Source: Thermoanaerobaculia bacterium
GTDB lineage: Bacteria > Acidobacteriota > Thermoanaerobaculia > UBA5066 > Gp7-AA6
DNA: 64,000 bases
Direction: 5' to 3'
Assembly: GCA_046716885.1 (NCBI GenBank)
Contig: JBKJWL010000238.1
Location: forward strand, 30,830 to 94,829
Shown: positions 39,371-48,507 of the stretch, piece after piece
Position numbering within the stretch: position 1 is the stretch's first letter
Layout of the letters: each line of letters begins with the position of its first letter
Position numbers and translations under genes: made by a program
The notes under the pieces: generated by a model
What the model saw: only the letters and a program-made list of their open reading frames with translations
The model's database searches: none
What the model was told of the DNA's origin: nothing

Positions 39371-39817
39371 TCACAGCAAGAGCTTCGACAGCTCGTCGTA
39401 GTCCTCGGGACCGAATTCCTCGGTCGCGAGCTTCTTGGCCAGCGCGCCGCGATCGGAGACCACGAGGTGGTCGATGTTCCCGGTCACGACGACGTCGCCC
39501 GGGAGCTTCGCGGCGTCGCGCAGGATCTGGGGAATGAGCACGCGCCCCTGCGCGTCGATCGCGGCGTCCTGGCCGTAGTAGTTGACACGCTCGAGGAACT
39601 TGGTCTTCGCGCGGTGGATCGCCGGAAGCTCGGCGAGCTTCTCCTCGAGCGCGCGCCAGATCCCGAGCGGGTAGAGAAGAAAGTTTCTTCCGTGGAGAGA
39701 CGTGACGAAGAGATCGCGTCCAAAAGCCTCCTCGATCTGTTGACGGAAGAGATTCGGCACCTTCAGCCGGCCCTTCTCGTCGAGGCGGGCCGGAGCGCTT
39801 CCACGAAAGCGATCCAT
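39371..39817 (-). CDS. mraZ: Transcriptional regulator MraZ
   Basis: 148 aa with duplicated SpoVT/AbrB-like halves (LDEKGRLKVP... / IDAQGRVLIP...). It is the first gene of the dcw cluster. Confidence 0.9.
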   Translation of the reverse strand: MDRFRGSAPARLDEKGRLKVPNLFRQQIEEAFGRDLFVTSLHGRNFLLYPLGIWRALEEKLAELPAIHRAKTKFLERVNYYGQDAAIDAQGRVLIPQILRDAAKLPGDVVVTGNIDHLVVSDRGALAKKLATEEFGPEDYDELSKLLL

Positions 39818-39850
39818 CCTTCAGTTGTCGTCCCGTCCTGAGCTCCGGGA

Positions 39851-39890
39851 CCACTTTCTCCCACTTTTAGCCAGATTTGGCCACTGGCGG
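39851..39890 (-). promoter_or_regulatory. Putative MraZ operator: GTGG(G) direct repeats at 10 bp phasing in the mraZ promoter region
   Basis: The minus-strand sequence reads cAGTGGccaaatctggctaaaAGTGGGagaaAGTGGtcc, with CCAC on the plus strand at 39851, 39861 and 39881. They lie 35-70 nt upstream of the mraZ ATG in a ~200 bp AT-richer intergenic region. Confidence 0.35.
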
Positions 39891-40023
39891 GATGTTAGGA
39901 GTGCCGAGGTTTATTAGTCAAGAGAAGAAGATTGCCTAAAAAAATTAGGAGCGCTAAACGGGCGTAAGCGCTCCGCACATGAACGTGTGCAGGCAACCGC
40001 CGAGCTCGGGGAGAGCGCGCTCG

Positions 40024-40875
40024 CTACCCACCACCCTCATGCCACTCCTTCGTCAGCTCGAGCCATAGCGCCAGACCCCGGAAGCCGCCGAAACGCGCGT
40101 AGCGACGGGCGATCGCGCGGTCCACCGTGCGCGCGGGACCCGGATACAGGCGCCGGTATTGCTTGCGCACCCATGAGTCGAGAGCCAGGAAATCGTGGCG
40201 GCCGAGGATTCGGAGCAGCCCCTCCGCCGCGTACGGCCCGAAGCCGTGCTCGGCGAGTATGGCTTCGCGAATGTCGGTGGCCGGCCCATCCCGCGTTTCC
40301 CACCGCGAAAGGTCGAGCCGGCCGGAGGCGACGCGGCGGGAAAAGCGCGACAGCGCCTCGGCGCGGTAGCCGCAGCGGACCTTCTTGCGGAGCGCGGCGG
40401 GCGATAGCCGGGCGAGCCTGCCGGGCGTCGGGAAGGCCGCGCCGCCCTCACCGGCGACGGCGATCAGCTTCTCGACCATGCCGCGCGTCGCTGCCCAGGA
40501 GCAGTTGGTCGTCAGAAGCATCTTGACGGCGTCCTCGAAGAGCGAGGGCGCCCGCAGCATCCGGCCGCCCCCCCGCGAGAGCGCCCGGCGCAGGTCCGGC
40601 TCGCCCTCGAGCGCTCCGTCGAAGGCGGAAAGGTCCAGGTCGAGCGAGAAGACCCGGAGGGCCACCGCGCGCAGCGTCGCGCGACTGAGGCCGTCGGAGG
40701 ACGCAAGGAGGAAGCCGCCGCGCGATCGGAACGAAACCTCTCGACCGGCGAGGGCCGTAGTCAGGACGCCTCCCGCACCGGGGTCGTACCGAAAGGGCGG
40801 CAGGTCGTACCAGCCGTGGGATCGGACGACGGCGTCGAAGGAGAAGTTCGCGGGAAGCTGGAGGCGGGTGCGCAA
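40024..40875 (-). CDS. HhH-GPD superfamily DNA glycosylase (AlkA / 3-methyladenine glycosylase II-like)
   Basis: The C-terminal HGFGPYAAEGLLRILGRHDFLALDSWVRK matches the HhH-GPD motif (GIGPWTAE...D.G.R). The N-terminal domain is AlkA-like. Confidence 0.55.
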   Translation of the reverse strand: MRTRLQLPANFSFDAVVRSHGWYDLPPFRYDPGAGGVLTTALAGREVSFRSRGGFLLASSDGLSRATLRAVALRVFSLDLDLSAFDGALEGEPDLRRALSRGGGRMLRAPSLFEDAVKMLLTTNCSWAATRGMVEKLIAVAGEGGAAFPTPGRLARLSPAALRKKVRCGYRAEALSRFSRRVASGRLDLSRWETRDGPATDIREAILAEHGFGPYAAEGLLRILGRHDFLALDSWVRKQYRRLYPGPARTVDRAIARRYARFGGFRGLALWLELTKEWHEGGG

Positions 40876-40896
40876 GCGAGTCGGGAAGAGCCGGGA

Positions 40897-41886
40897 CTAA
40901 CTTTTCTTCTCCTCCGCCTTCGCCAGCTGCTCGTCGTAGATCTTGACGAAGGCGTCGCGCCGGAGGCGTTCCATGTACTCCGTGAACCGTTTCTCGTAGA
41001 GCTCGTCGGAGATCCGCTTGCGCAGATCCTCTTTGACCTCGGAAAACGGCTTGTAGCCCGCGGGCTTGCGATTGGTCACATGGAAGAGGTGGATCGAGTC
41101 GGCCGTCAGGACGGGCGCGGGATACTCCGCGGGCGGGTTCGTGAAGATCCCGGCGTCGAGCGCCTCCACGAGCTCCCCCTTCGCGACGGTGCCAAGCTCG
41201 CCGCCCCGCTCCCGCGTCGTGCCTTCCGACGCCTCGCGGGCGAGGTCCGCGAACGGCGTCCCGGCCTTGATCCTGGCGCGGATCCCCTCGACCCGGGCGA
41301 CGGCCTTCTGCCGCGCCTCCGAGTCGGAGGAGTCGAACTTCAGGACGATCTCCGCGACCTGGGTCTCCTCGGGGACCGCGTAGTACTTCTCCTTCTGACG
41401 CTCGTACTCGATGCGCAGGGCGTCGTCGGAGAGGTCCAGCCGCGAGGTGACGTCCCGCCCGATGACCTTCTGGAGCGTGATCGTCTCGCGCATCTGCCGC
41501 TTCAGCTCGTCGCGGGTCATGTTGGTCTGCGCGAGCGCGGCGTCGAACTCCGCGTCCGTCGTCAGGTTGTACTGGGCCTTGACCCTCTGGACGGCCGCCT
41601 CGATCTCCTCGTCGGTAGCCGAGAGGGCCATCTCGGTGGCCCGCTCCTCGAGCAACTTCTCCTTGATCATGTCCTCGAGGACGGCCTTGCGGATCTGCTC
41701 CGGATCGGCCGAGGCCACGAGGGCCTTCTGGGCGGCCGAGAGCCGTTTGTCGTACTCGGACTGCGTGATCAGCTTGTCGTTGACCCGCGCGACGATCCTC
41801 TCGATCAGCTCGGCGCCGGAGAGAGAGGCCGCGCACGCCGCCGCGGCGAAGAAAGTCAGAACGCTGCGTTTCATGCGCCCTTTCAT
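40897..41886 (-). CDS. Periplasmic peptidyl-prolyl isomerase / chaperone, SurA-like (parvulin domain)
   Basis: It has a signal peptide (FFAAAACAASLSGA), a SurA N-terminal chaperone domain and a parvulin PPIase domain (VAEIVLKF...GGELGTVAKGELVEALDAGIF). Confidence 0.7.
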   Translation of the reverse strand: MKGRMKRSVLTFFAAAACAASLSGAELIERIVARVNDKLITQSEYDKRLSAAQKALVASADPEQIRKAVLEDMIKEKLLEERATEMALSATDEEIEAAVQRVKAQYNLTTDAEFDAALAQTNMTRDELKRQMRETITLQKVIGRDVTSRLDLSDDALRIEYERQKEKYYAVPEETQVAEIVLKFDSSDSEARQKAVARVEGIRARIKAGTPFADLAREASEGTTRERGGELGTVAKGELVEALDAGIFTNPPAEYPAPVLTADSIHLFHVTNRKPAGYKPFSEVKEDLRKRISDELYEKRFTEYMERLRRDAFVKIYDEQLAKAEEKKS

Positions 41887-41928
41887 AACACAGGCAAGGC
41901 GGTCGAATTCCTCCGGCCCGGGGCGCGT

Positions 41929-44900
41929 CTAAGCCGCCGCGCGGCGCGCGAAGCGCGGGAGCAGATCCACGAGCCCCGCCAGGAGCGCCTCGCCGTCGGG
42001 GGCCCGGAACGTGAGGACGCGCGAGGCCGAGAAGGTCGCCCCCGGCGTCTCGCGCACGAACTCAAGGAGTCGCTCGGCGTCGACCGGAGCGTCTTGCGCA
42101 AAACGCACGTGGACACGCCCGGCCTGGCGGGTGACCGCCGTGACGCCGAGGAGCTCGGCCCGGGCCCGAACGCGGGCGTACTCGATCAGGCGCCGCACGG
42201 CCGGCGGGGGCTCGCCGAATCGGTCGGCGATCTCCCGCCGCGTTTCCTCGAGCGCCGCGTCGTCCCGGGCCCGCGCGACCTTCTTGTAGATCATCATCCG
42301 CCAGTTCTCGTCGGCGACGTAGCCATGCGGGATCGCCAGATCGAGCCCCAGCGAAAGCGTGACCGTCCGCTCCGGGAGAGCCTCCTCGCCCCGCATCTCC
42401 CGGATGGCCTCCTCGAGAAGCGTCAGGTACATCTCGAAGCCGACGGCGGCGATGTGGCCCGACTGCTCCCCGCCGAGCAGGTTGCCCGAGCCGCGGATCT
42501 CGAGGTCCTTGGCGGCGATCCGGAAGCCGGCGCCGAGGTCGCAGAACTCCTGGATCGACGCGAGGCGCCGCCGCGCGATCTCCGAGAGCGAGGCGTTCTC
42601 CTCGACCAGAAGGTAGGCGTAGGCCGGCTTGTCGCTCCGGCCGACGCGCCCCCGGAGCTGGTAGAGCTGGGCCAAGCCGAAGGTGTCGGCGCGGTCGATG
42701 AGGATCGTGTTGGCCGACGGGATGTCGAGGCCGTTCTCGACAATCGCGGTGGCGAGGAGCACGTCCGCCTCGCGCGAGAAAAACCGCAGCATGGCCTTCT
42801 CGAGTTCGGCTTCGGGCATCTGGCCGTGTGCCACGGCGATCCGCACGGCCGGGAGCAGCTCCTCGAGAGTCTGCTTGACCCTCCCGATCGACTCGATCCG
42901 GTTGTGCACGAAGAAGACCTGGCCGCCGCGGTCGAGCTCCGCCTCGATCGCCTCCCGGATGATCTCCGGGCGCGACGGCACGACCTGCGTCTCGATCGCG
43001 AGGCGGTCCCGGGGCGGCGTCTCGATGATCGAGAGATCGCGCAGACCCGAGAGCGACAGGTGCAGCGACCGCGGAATGGGCGTCGCCGACATCGAGAGCA
43101 CGTCGATCGAAGTCTTCCACTCCTTCAGCCGCTCCTTCTGCGCCACACCGAAGCGCTGCTCCTCGTCGACGATGAGAAGGCCCAGGTCGCGGAACGCGAG
43201 GTCCTTGCCGAGCATCCGGTGGGTCGCGATGAGGATGTCGACCAACCCCTCCGCGGTCTTCGCCACGACTTCCTTCTGTTCAGCGCGAGAGCGGAAGCGC
43301 GAGAGCAGCTCGATCTCGACGGGGAAAGCGGCGAAACGCCGCCGGAACGTCCGGTAGTGCTGGTCGGCGAGGATCGTGGTCGGCGCCAGCAGGGCGACCT
43401 GCTTGCCGTCGAGGACCGCCTTGAACGCGGCGCGCATGGCGACCTCGGTCTTACCGTAGCCAACGTCCCCGCAGAGGAGGCGGTCCATGGGCTTTTCCGA
43501 CTGCATGTCCCGCTTCACGTCGGCAATGGCCTGGGCCTGGTCGGGAGTCTCGACGTACTCGAAGGCGTCCTCGAACTCCTTCTGCCAGGGGGAGTCCTTC
43601 GAGAACGCGAACCCCTCGGCCAGGCTGCGGCGCGCGTAGAGCTTCAGGAGCTGGTCGGTCATGTCGCGCATGGCCTTGCGGATGGAGGCCTTGCGCCGGG
43701 CCCAGCCCGCGCCGCCGAGCCGGTCGAGCGCCGGCTGCGCGTCCTCGACACCGGAGTACTTCTGGACGAGATCGAAGCGCTCGACCGGAAGCAACAGCGT
43801 CTTTTCCTCCGCGTACTCGATCTCCATGAACTCGCGCTCTTCGCCCTCGACGGGAAAGCGCTTCAGGCCCTTGAAGCGGCCGATGCCGTAGTCGGCGTGC
43901 ACGACCGCGTCGCCGAGCTTCAGGTCCCGCAGGTCCGAGAGGAACGCCTCGCTTGGTTTGCGTCGCGCCTGCGCGGAGCGCCGTTCTTCGCCGAAGATCT
44001 CCTCTTCGGCGTACACGGCGAGGCGGGGCTCGCGCAGACGGAAGCCGGCCGAGATCTCGGCCGGGATCGTGACGACCGCGCCCGCGCTTCGCTCGGACGT
44101 GACGTGGAAACCGTATTCGAGCGCCAGCCGCCGCACCTTCTCCGCCCCGCCGGTCGGGTGCGTGGCGACGAAGACCTCTTCTCCCGACGCGAGGGCGCGG
44201 ATCAGGTCCGCCGCCGCCTCCGCCGCGCGGCCCGAATGACCGGCGATCGCCTCGGCCGGAAGCCGAAGAATGGAGGCGCCGGGCTCCGCGACCCCGAGGC
44301 GGTCGAAGCGGACGCAGATCGAGGCGATCCGGCCGCGGATCCCCTCGGCCGCGTGCAGCAGCTCTTCGGGCGCGAAGGCGTCGCGGTCGGGGTCACGGTC
44401 GGCGGCAGCGCGCTCTGCAAAGGCCGCGATCTCCTCCTCGACCGCTGCGGGCTCGAAGAGAACGACCAGGCCGGCGGCCGCGTGATCGAGCCAGGAGGCC
44501 GGCATCCGCGAGACGGCCGGCGCGAACACCGTCCGCTCCGCCTCCGAAGGCGGGCGCCCGATCCGCTCGGTCAGGAGCGCGCGCGTTTCGTCGGATTCCT
44601 CCGAGGCCGCGAAGGGCGGCAGCCCGACCTCCTCGAGCCTCTCGGTCGAGCGCTGCGTGTCGGGGTCGAAGAGGCGCAGCGACTCGATCCGGTCCCCGTC
44701 GAGTTCGACGCGGACCGCCAGATCCCGGTCCGGCGGGAAGACGTCGAAGAGCCCGCCGCGGACGGCGAGGTCGCCTGTCTCGATCACGAGGTCCGACCGG
44801 TGGTAGCCCAGGCGGGTCAGCCGCTCGGTCAGGCGCGGCAGCGAGACCTCTTCGCCGCGGCGAAGCTTCACGAAAAGCTTGCCGAATTGCGAGGGGTCGG

Positions 44901-45228
44901 GAAGCCGGACGAAGAGGGACCGCGCGGGCAGCACGGCTGCGTCCCAGGCGCCCGGGTCGCGCAGGGCAGTCAGCAGCGAAAACTCGTCGCGCCGCGCCTT
45001 CAGCGAGGCCGGGATGCGTTGATAGGGCGTCAACGTGGGAGCAGGGGCGTGGAAGACGCGGGGCAGGCCAGCGGCCGCGAGGTCTCCGAGGAGCTGCTCG
45101 GCCTCCTTCTCGCTCGCGACGACGATCGCGAGCGGCCGCCCGAGGTCGCGCGAGAGCGCCGCGAGCAGGACCCCCGGAAGCGCCCCGACGCCGCCGGAGA
45201 CGACCAGGCGGTCTTCTCCCCCGCGCAC
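41929..45228 (-). CDS. mfd: Transcription-repair coupling factor Mfd. The start is uncertain; 45228 is the first in-frame GTG that does not overlap the upstream desulfurase gene.
   Basis: It has the UvrB-homology N-terminal domain, a CarD/TRCF RNAP-interaction domain (FMEIEYAEEKTLLLPVERFDLVQKY) and SF2 helicase motifs (LLCGDVGYGKTEVA, DEEQRFGV, a TRG motif) plus the TRCF C-terminal domain. Confidence 0.93.
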   Translation of the reverse strand: MRGGEDRLVVSGGVGALPGVLLAALSRDLGRPLAIVVASEKEAEQLLGDLAAAGLPRVFHAPAPTLTPYQRIPASLKARRDEFSLLTALRDPGAWDAAVLPARSLFVRLPDPSQFGKLFVKLRRGEEVSLPRLTERLTRLGYHRSDLVIETGDLAVRGGLFDVFPPDRDLAVRVELDGDRIESLRLFDPDTQRSTERLEEVGLPPFAASEESDETRALLTERIGRPPSEAERTVFAPAVSRMPASWLDHAAAGLVVLFEPAAVEEEIAAFAERAAADRDPDRDAFAPEELLHAAEGIRGRIASICVRFDRLGVAEPGASILRLPAEAIAGHSGRAAEAAADLIRALASGEEVFVATHPTGGAEKVRRLALEYGFHVTSERSAGAVVTIPAEISAGFRLREPRLAVYAEEEIFGEERRSAQARRKPSEAFLSDLRDLKLGDAVVHADYGIGRFKGLKRFPVEGEEREFMEIEYAEEKTLLLPVERFDLVQKYSGVEDAQPALDRLGGAGWARRKASIRKAMRDMTDQLLKLYARRSLAEGFAFSKDSPWQKEFEDAFEYVETPDQAQAIADVKRDMQSEKPMDRLLCGDVGYGKTEVAMRAAFKAVLDGKQVALLAPTTILADQHYRTFRRRFAAFPVEIELLSRFRSRAEQKEVVAKTAEGLVDILIATHRMLGKDLAFRDLGLLIVDEEQRFGVAQKERLKEWKTSIDVLSMSATPIPRSLHLSLSGLRDLSIIETPPRDRLAIETQVVPSRPEIIREAIEAELDRGGQVFFVHNRIESIGRVKQTLEELLPAVRIAVAHGQMPEAELEKAMLRFFSREADVLLATAIVENGLDIPSANTILIDRADTFGLAQLYQLRGRVGRSDKPAYAYLLVEENASLSEIARRRLASIQEFCDLGAGFRIAAKDLEIRGSGNLLGGEQSGHIAAVGFEMYLTLLEEAIREMRGEEALPERTVTLSLGLDLAIPHGYVADENWRMMIYKKVARARDDAALEETRREIADRFGEPPPAVRRLIEYARVRARAELLGVTAVTRQAGRVHVRFAQDAPVDAERLLEFVRETPGATFSASRVLTFRAPDGEALLAGLVDLLPRFARRAAA

Positions 45229-45284
45229 TCTCGCGAGGAGGTCCGCGTAGGATGGCAGATCGCGAGCGAGATCCTTGAGCAGCC

Positions 45285-46502
45285 CTATCGCGCTTTCGCC
45301 AAAGGCGACTTCTCCCGCAGCCGTTCGACGGCTTTGACCGCGATCCCGGCCGCGTAGCTCACTTCCTCTTCGGTGGTCCAGCGCCCGAGGCCGAAGCGGA
45401 TCGAGGCGTGCGCGAGGTCGGCCGGCACGCCGAGCGCCGTCAGGACGTGGGACGGCTGGAGCGAGGCCGAGGTGCATGCCGAACCGGAGGAGACCGCGAC
45501 ATCTTTCAAGCTGACAAGGAGCGCCTCTCCCTCCACGCCGGCGAAGGAGAGGTTCAGATTGCCGGGCAGCCGTCGTTCCTGCCCGCCCGAAGCAAGAGAG
45601 CCATCCGGCTCGATCTCGGGCAGCGGAGCGCCGTTCAACCTCACGTCCTCGAGCCGGGGCACGATGCCGTCGTGCAGGCGCTTGCGGAGCCGGCGCAGGC
45701 GGCGGCTTTCTTCGGCCATCTCGGCGACGCCGAGCTCGGCCGCCTTCCCCAGACCGACGATCCCCGGCACGTTCAAGGTTCCGGACCGCATCCCCCGCTC
45801 GTGCCCTCCGCCGAAGAGAATCGGCTGGAGGCGCACCCGGGGATGGCGGCCCCGCACGTAGAGCGCCCCGACGCCCTTGGGGCCGTAGATCTTGTGCGCC
45901 GTGACGGAGGCCATGTCGACGTGCATGGCCTCGACGTCGAACGGGATCTTGGCAAAGCCCTGCACCGCGTCGGTATGGAACAGGACCCCCTTCTCGCGGC
46001 AGAGCGCGCCGATCTGGGCGATCCGCTGGATCGTGCCGATCTCGTTGTTGGCGAGCATGACCGACACCAGGATCGTCTTGTCCGTGATGGCGTCGCGCAC
46101 CCGCTCGGGCGGGACCTCGCCGGTCTTCTCGGGCTTCAGGTAGGTCACCGCGAATCCCTGCCGCTCGAGCTCGCGGCAGGGATCGAGGACCGCCGAGTGC
46201 TCGGTCGACACGGTCACGACGTGGCCGCCCTGCTCCCCGTACATCCGCGCCACGCCGAGGATCGCGAGGTTGTCCGACTCGGTCGCCCCGCTCGTGAAGA
46301 CGATCTCTTTTTCGGAGGCGTTCATCGCCCGCGCGACCTGTTCGCGCGCCGCGTCGACGGCGGCCTCCGCTTCCCAGCCGAACACGTGCCCACGCGAGGC
46401 CGGGTTCCCGAACGACTTCGAGAAGTACGGCGTCATCACCTCCAGCACCCGCGGGTCGACAGGCGTCGTGGCGTGGTAGTCGAGGTAGATCGGCAGCTGC
46501 AT
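45285..46502 (-). CDS. Cysteine desulfurase (IscS/NifS family, PLP-dependent)
   Basis: [19 protein letters not shown]..., a PLP lysine in [10 protein letters not shown] and the active-site SSGSACTS are present. Confidence 0.9.
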   Translation of the reverse strand: MQLPIYLDYHATTPVDPRVLEVMTPYFSKSFGNPASRGHVFGWEAEAAVDAAREQVARAMNASEKEIVFTSGATESDNLAILGVARMYGEQGGHVVTVSTEHSAVLDPCRELERQGFAVTYLKPEKTGEVPPERVRDAITDKTILVSVMLANNEIGTIQRIAQIGALCREKGVLFHTDAVQGFAKIPFDVEAMHVDMASVTAHKIYGPKGVGALYVRGRHPRVRLQPILFGGGHERGMRSGTLNVPGIVGLGKAAELGVAEMAEESRRLRRLRKRLHDGIVPRLEDVRLNGAPLPEIEPDGSLASGGQERRLPGNLNLSFAGVEGEALLVSLKDVAVSSGSACTSASLQPSHVLTALGVPADLAHASIRFGLGRWTTEEEVSYAAGIAVKAVERLREKSPLAKAR

Positions 46503-46562
46503 GGGTCGTCTATTCTATCGAGCGCTTCGGGCGGCGTCTCGGAGGATTAGAATGTCCTTTCG

Positions 46563-48152
46563 ATGTCCAGTCTTCCCCGGCCGCAGTCGAGCCCCTTCGG
46601 CTTCTCCTCGCCGCCCCCGAAGGTCCGCCTCGTGCACGCCTTCGACCGGCCCTACGAGAACGTCGTGGCGACCGCACGGACGTGCTACTCGGCCAAGGGG
46701 ATCATCACCGAGGACCAGGCCTCGGCCAAGCCCGAGCGCCGGGATGCGATCGCGAAGTCGATCTACGATGCCGGGCACCACACGACCTTCCAGCACGCCC
46801 ACTTTCAGTTCTCGCTCGAGAACGTCTCGCGCCAGTTCCTCTGGACGTTCCTCCACTCCCATCCCTTCTACAACTCCGAGCAGGTCTCGCAGCGCTACGT
46901 CGAGGTCAAGAAGGGCAACTACGCGGCCCCCCCGATGGGGCCTGCCGACCGGGAGATCTACGAACGGACGGCGTGGCGCCAGCAGGACGCCTACACGCGG
47001 CTGACCGAGCTTCTGACGCCACTGGCGGCCGAGCGCTACTTCGGACTCTTCCCGGGGCGCACGCGTGGCGACGGGCCCGTGCGCTTCGCCGGAGCGGTCC
47101 GGAAGCGGGCGCAGGAGATCGCGCGTTACGCGCTCCCGGTCGCGACCTTCTCGTATCTGTACCACACGATCTCGGGCGTCACGCTCTTCCGCTACTGGCG
47201 CCTCTGCGAATCGATGGACGCGCCCGCCGAGCAGCGCGAGGTCGTCGGCCAGATGGTCGCGGAGGTGCTCCGCCACGATCCGCTCTACGCGACGGTCCTC
47301 CAGGATCCGCTTCCGCTCGAAGAGACTCCGGAGTATGCAGCGTTCCAGGCGCTCCCGCGTGTCCGGGCGTCCGGCCGCGAGTTCCGCGCGGAGTTCGACC
47401 GGGAGCTTGCGGGGAAGGTGTCGCGGCTCGTCGACTGGAAGGCGAACAACGAAGAGGTCCTGGCCTCGGCCGTGCGCGAGATCCTGGGCGTGCCCCGCGC
47501 CTCGATCTCCGACGACGACGCGATCCGCCTGGTGCTCGATCCTTCGAAGAACCGCGTGCTCGGCGAGACGCTGACTCTGACGACGCTCGACAAGCTCTCG
47601 CGCGCCATGTTTCACCCGTCGTACACGTTCCGCAAGAAGCTCTCCCACACGGCCGACAGCCAGGACCAGCGCCACCGCATGACGCCCGCCTCGCGGCCCG
47701 CGCTGCCGGCATACCTCTCCGAGGAGCCCGACTACATCGTCCCGATGCTCGTTCCCGATGTTCCGGAGGCGGAAGAGCTCTATCGGCGCACGATGGAAGA
47801 GACTTGGACCGCGATCGGGGAGCTGCGCTCGCGCGGAGTCTCCGACGAGTTCGCCGCATACCTCCTTCCCAACGCCGTCGCGATCCGGTTCACCGAGTCG
47901 GCGGACCTGCTCAACCTCCACCACAAGTGCGCAATGCGCCTCTGCTACAACGCGCAGGAGGAGATCTGGCGCGCGTCGCTCGACGAGGCGCTCCAGATCC
48001 GCGACGTCAACCCCCGCATCGGGCCCTGGCTGCTGCCTCCCTGTACGCTCCGCCATCTCGCCGAGGTGCGCCCAGTTTGTCCGGAAGGCGAGCGCTTCTG
48101 CGGCGTCGTCGTCTGGAAGATGGACCAGAGCGAGTACACGAGAACTCTGTAG
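46563..48152 (+). CDS. thyX: Flavin-dependent thymidylate synthase ThyX, tandem two-domain (pseudo-dimer) form
   Basis: Both halves align to Thy1/ThyX. Domain 1 reads GHHTTFQHAHFQFSLENVSRQFLWTFLHSHPFYNSEQVSQRY (compare Thermotoga [40 protein letters not shown]). Domain 2 reads HPSYTFRKKLSHTADSQDQRHRMTPASRPALPAY. The RHR motif is intact only in domain 2. Confidence 0.7.
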   Translation: MSSLPRPQSSPFGFSSPPPKVRLVHAFDRPYENVVATARTCYSAKGIITEDQASAKPERRDAIAKSIYDAGHHTTFQHAHFQFSLENVSRQFLWTFLHSHPFYNSEQVSQRYVEVKKGNYAAPPMGPADREIYERTAWRQQDAYTRLTELLTPLAAERYFGLFPGRTRGDGPVRFAGAVRKRAQEIARYALPVATFSYLYHTISGVTLFRYWRLCESMDAPAEQREVVGQMVAEVLRHDPLYATVLQDPLPLEETPEYAAFQALPRVRASGREFRAEFDRELAGKVSRLVDWKANNEEVLASAVREILGVPRASISDDDAIRLVLDPSKNRVLGETLTLTTLDKLSRAMFHPSYTFRKKLSHTADSQDQRHRMTPASRPALPAYLSEEPDYIVPMLVPDVPEAEELYRRTMEETWTAIGELRSRGVSDEFAAYLLPNAVAIRFTESADLLNLHHKCAMRLCYNAQEEIWRASLDEALQIRDVNPRIGPWLLPPCTLRHLAEVRPVCPEGERFCGVVVWKMDQSEYTRTL

Positions 48153-48507
48153 AGCGTCCCGCACGCGAGATCGCGAGGTCTGCGCCGCGTTCTGGGTCGT
48201 CCCGTGGATGACGAAAGGCCGAACCAAACGCCCCCAGCGGCTCGATGGCTCATGACTCGCGACTCACAACATTTCTTGTAGTCTTTCTCCCGCAAAGAAC
48301 CCATGGCCGACGGCATTCGACTTCTCGAAGCGCTCGTTCTGAACGGGCCGAACTCCCGGTCCTATCTCCCTTGCGTGTGGAAGGCGCGAGCTCCGGCGGC
48401 TGCTGCGGGGCTTGCAGCAGCGTCTCTGCTCGGAGGACCGGCGAGAGGGTTCCGAAGCGGGTCGACGAGGGCACCTGGCTCGGCCACGGCCGTGCACGTC
48501 TCCGGCA

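Noticed and set aside
38381-39373. MraZ-RsmH fusion by TGA read-through as the explanation for the missing rsmH start
   Set aside because: It is not impossible, since the frames are in phase. But the mraZ-rsmH spacer is a 63 nt purine-rich linker, not domain-like, and the genes are separate in essentially all bacteria. A sequencing indel or a rare start codon is more parsimonious. It is kept as a finding rather than annotated as a fusion.
40816-45357. 1513 aa plus-strand ORF antisense to surA-like and mfd
   Set aside because: It has the composition of an antisense translation (Arg/Leu/Gly-rich). Mfd on the opposite strand has Walker A/B and TRCF motifs.
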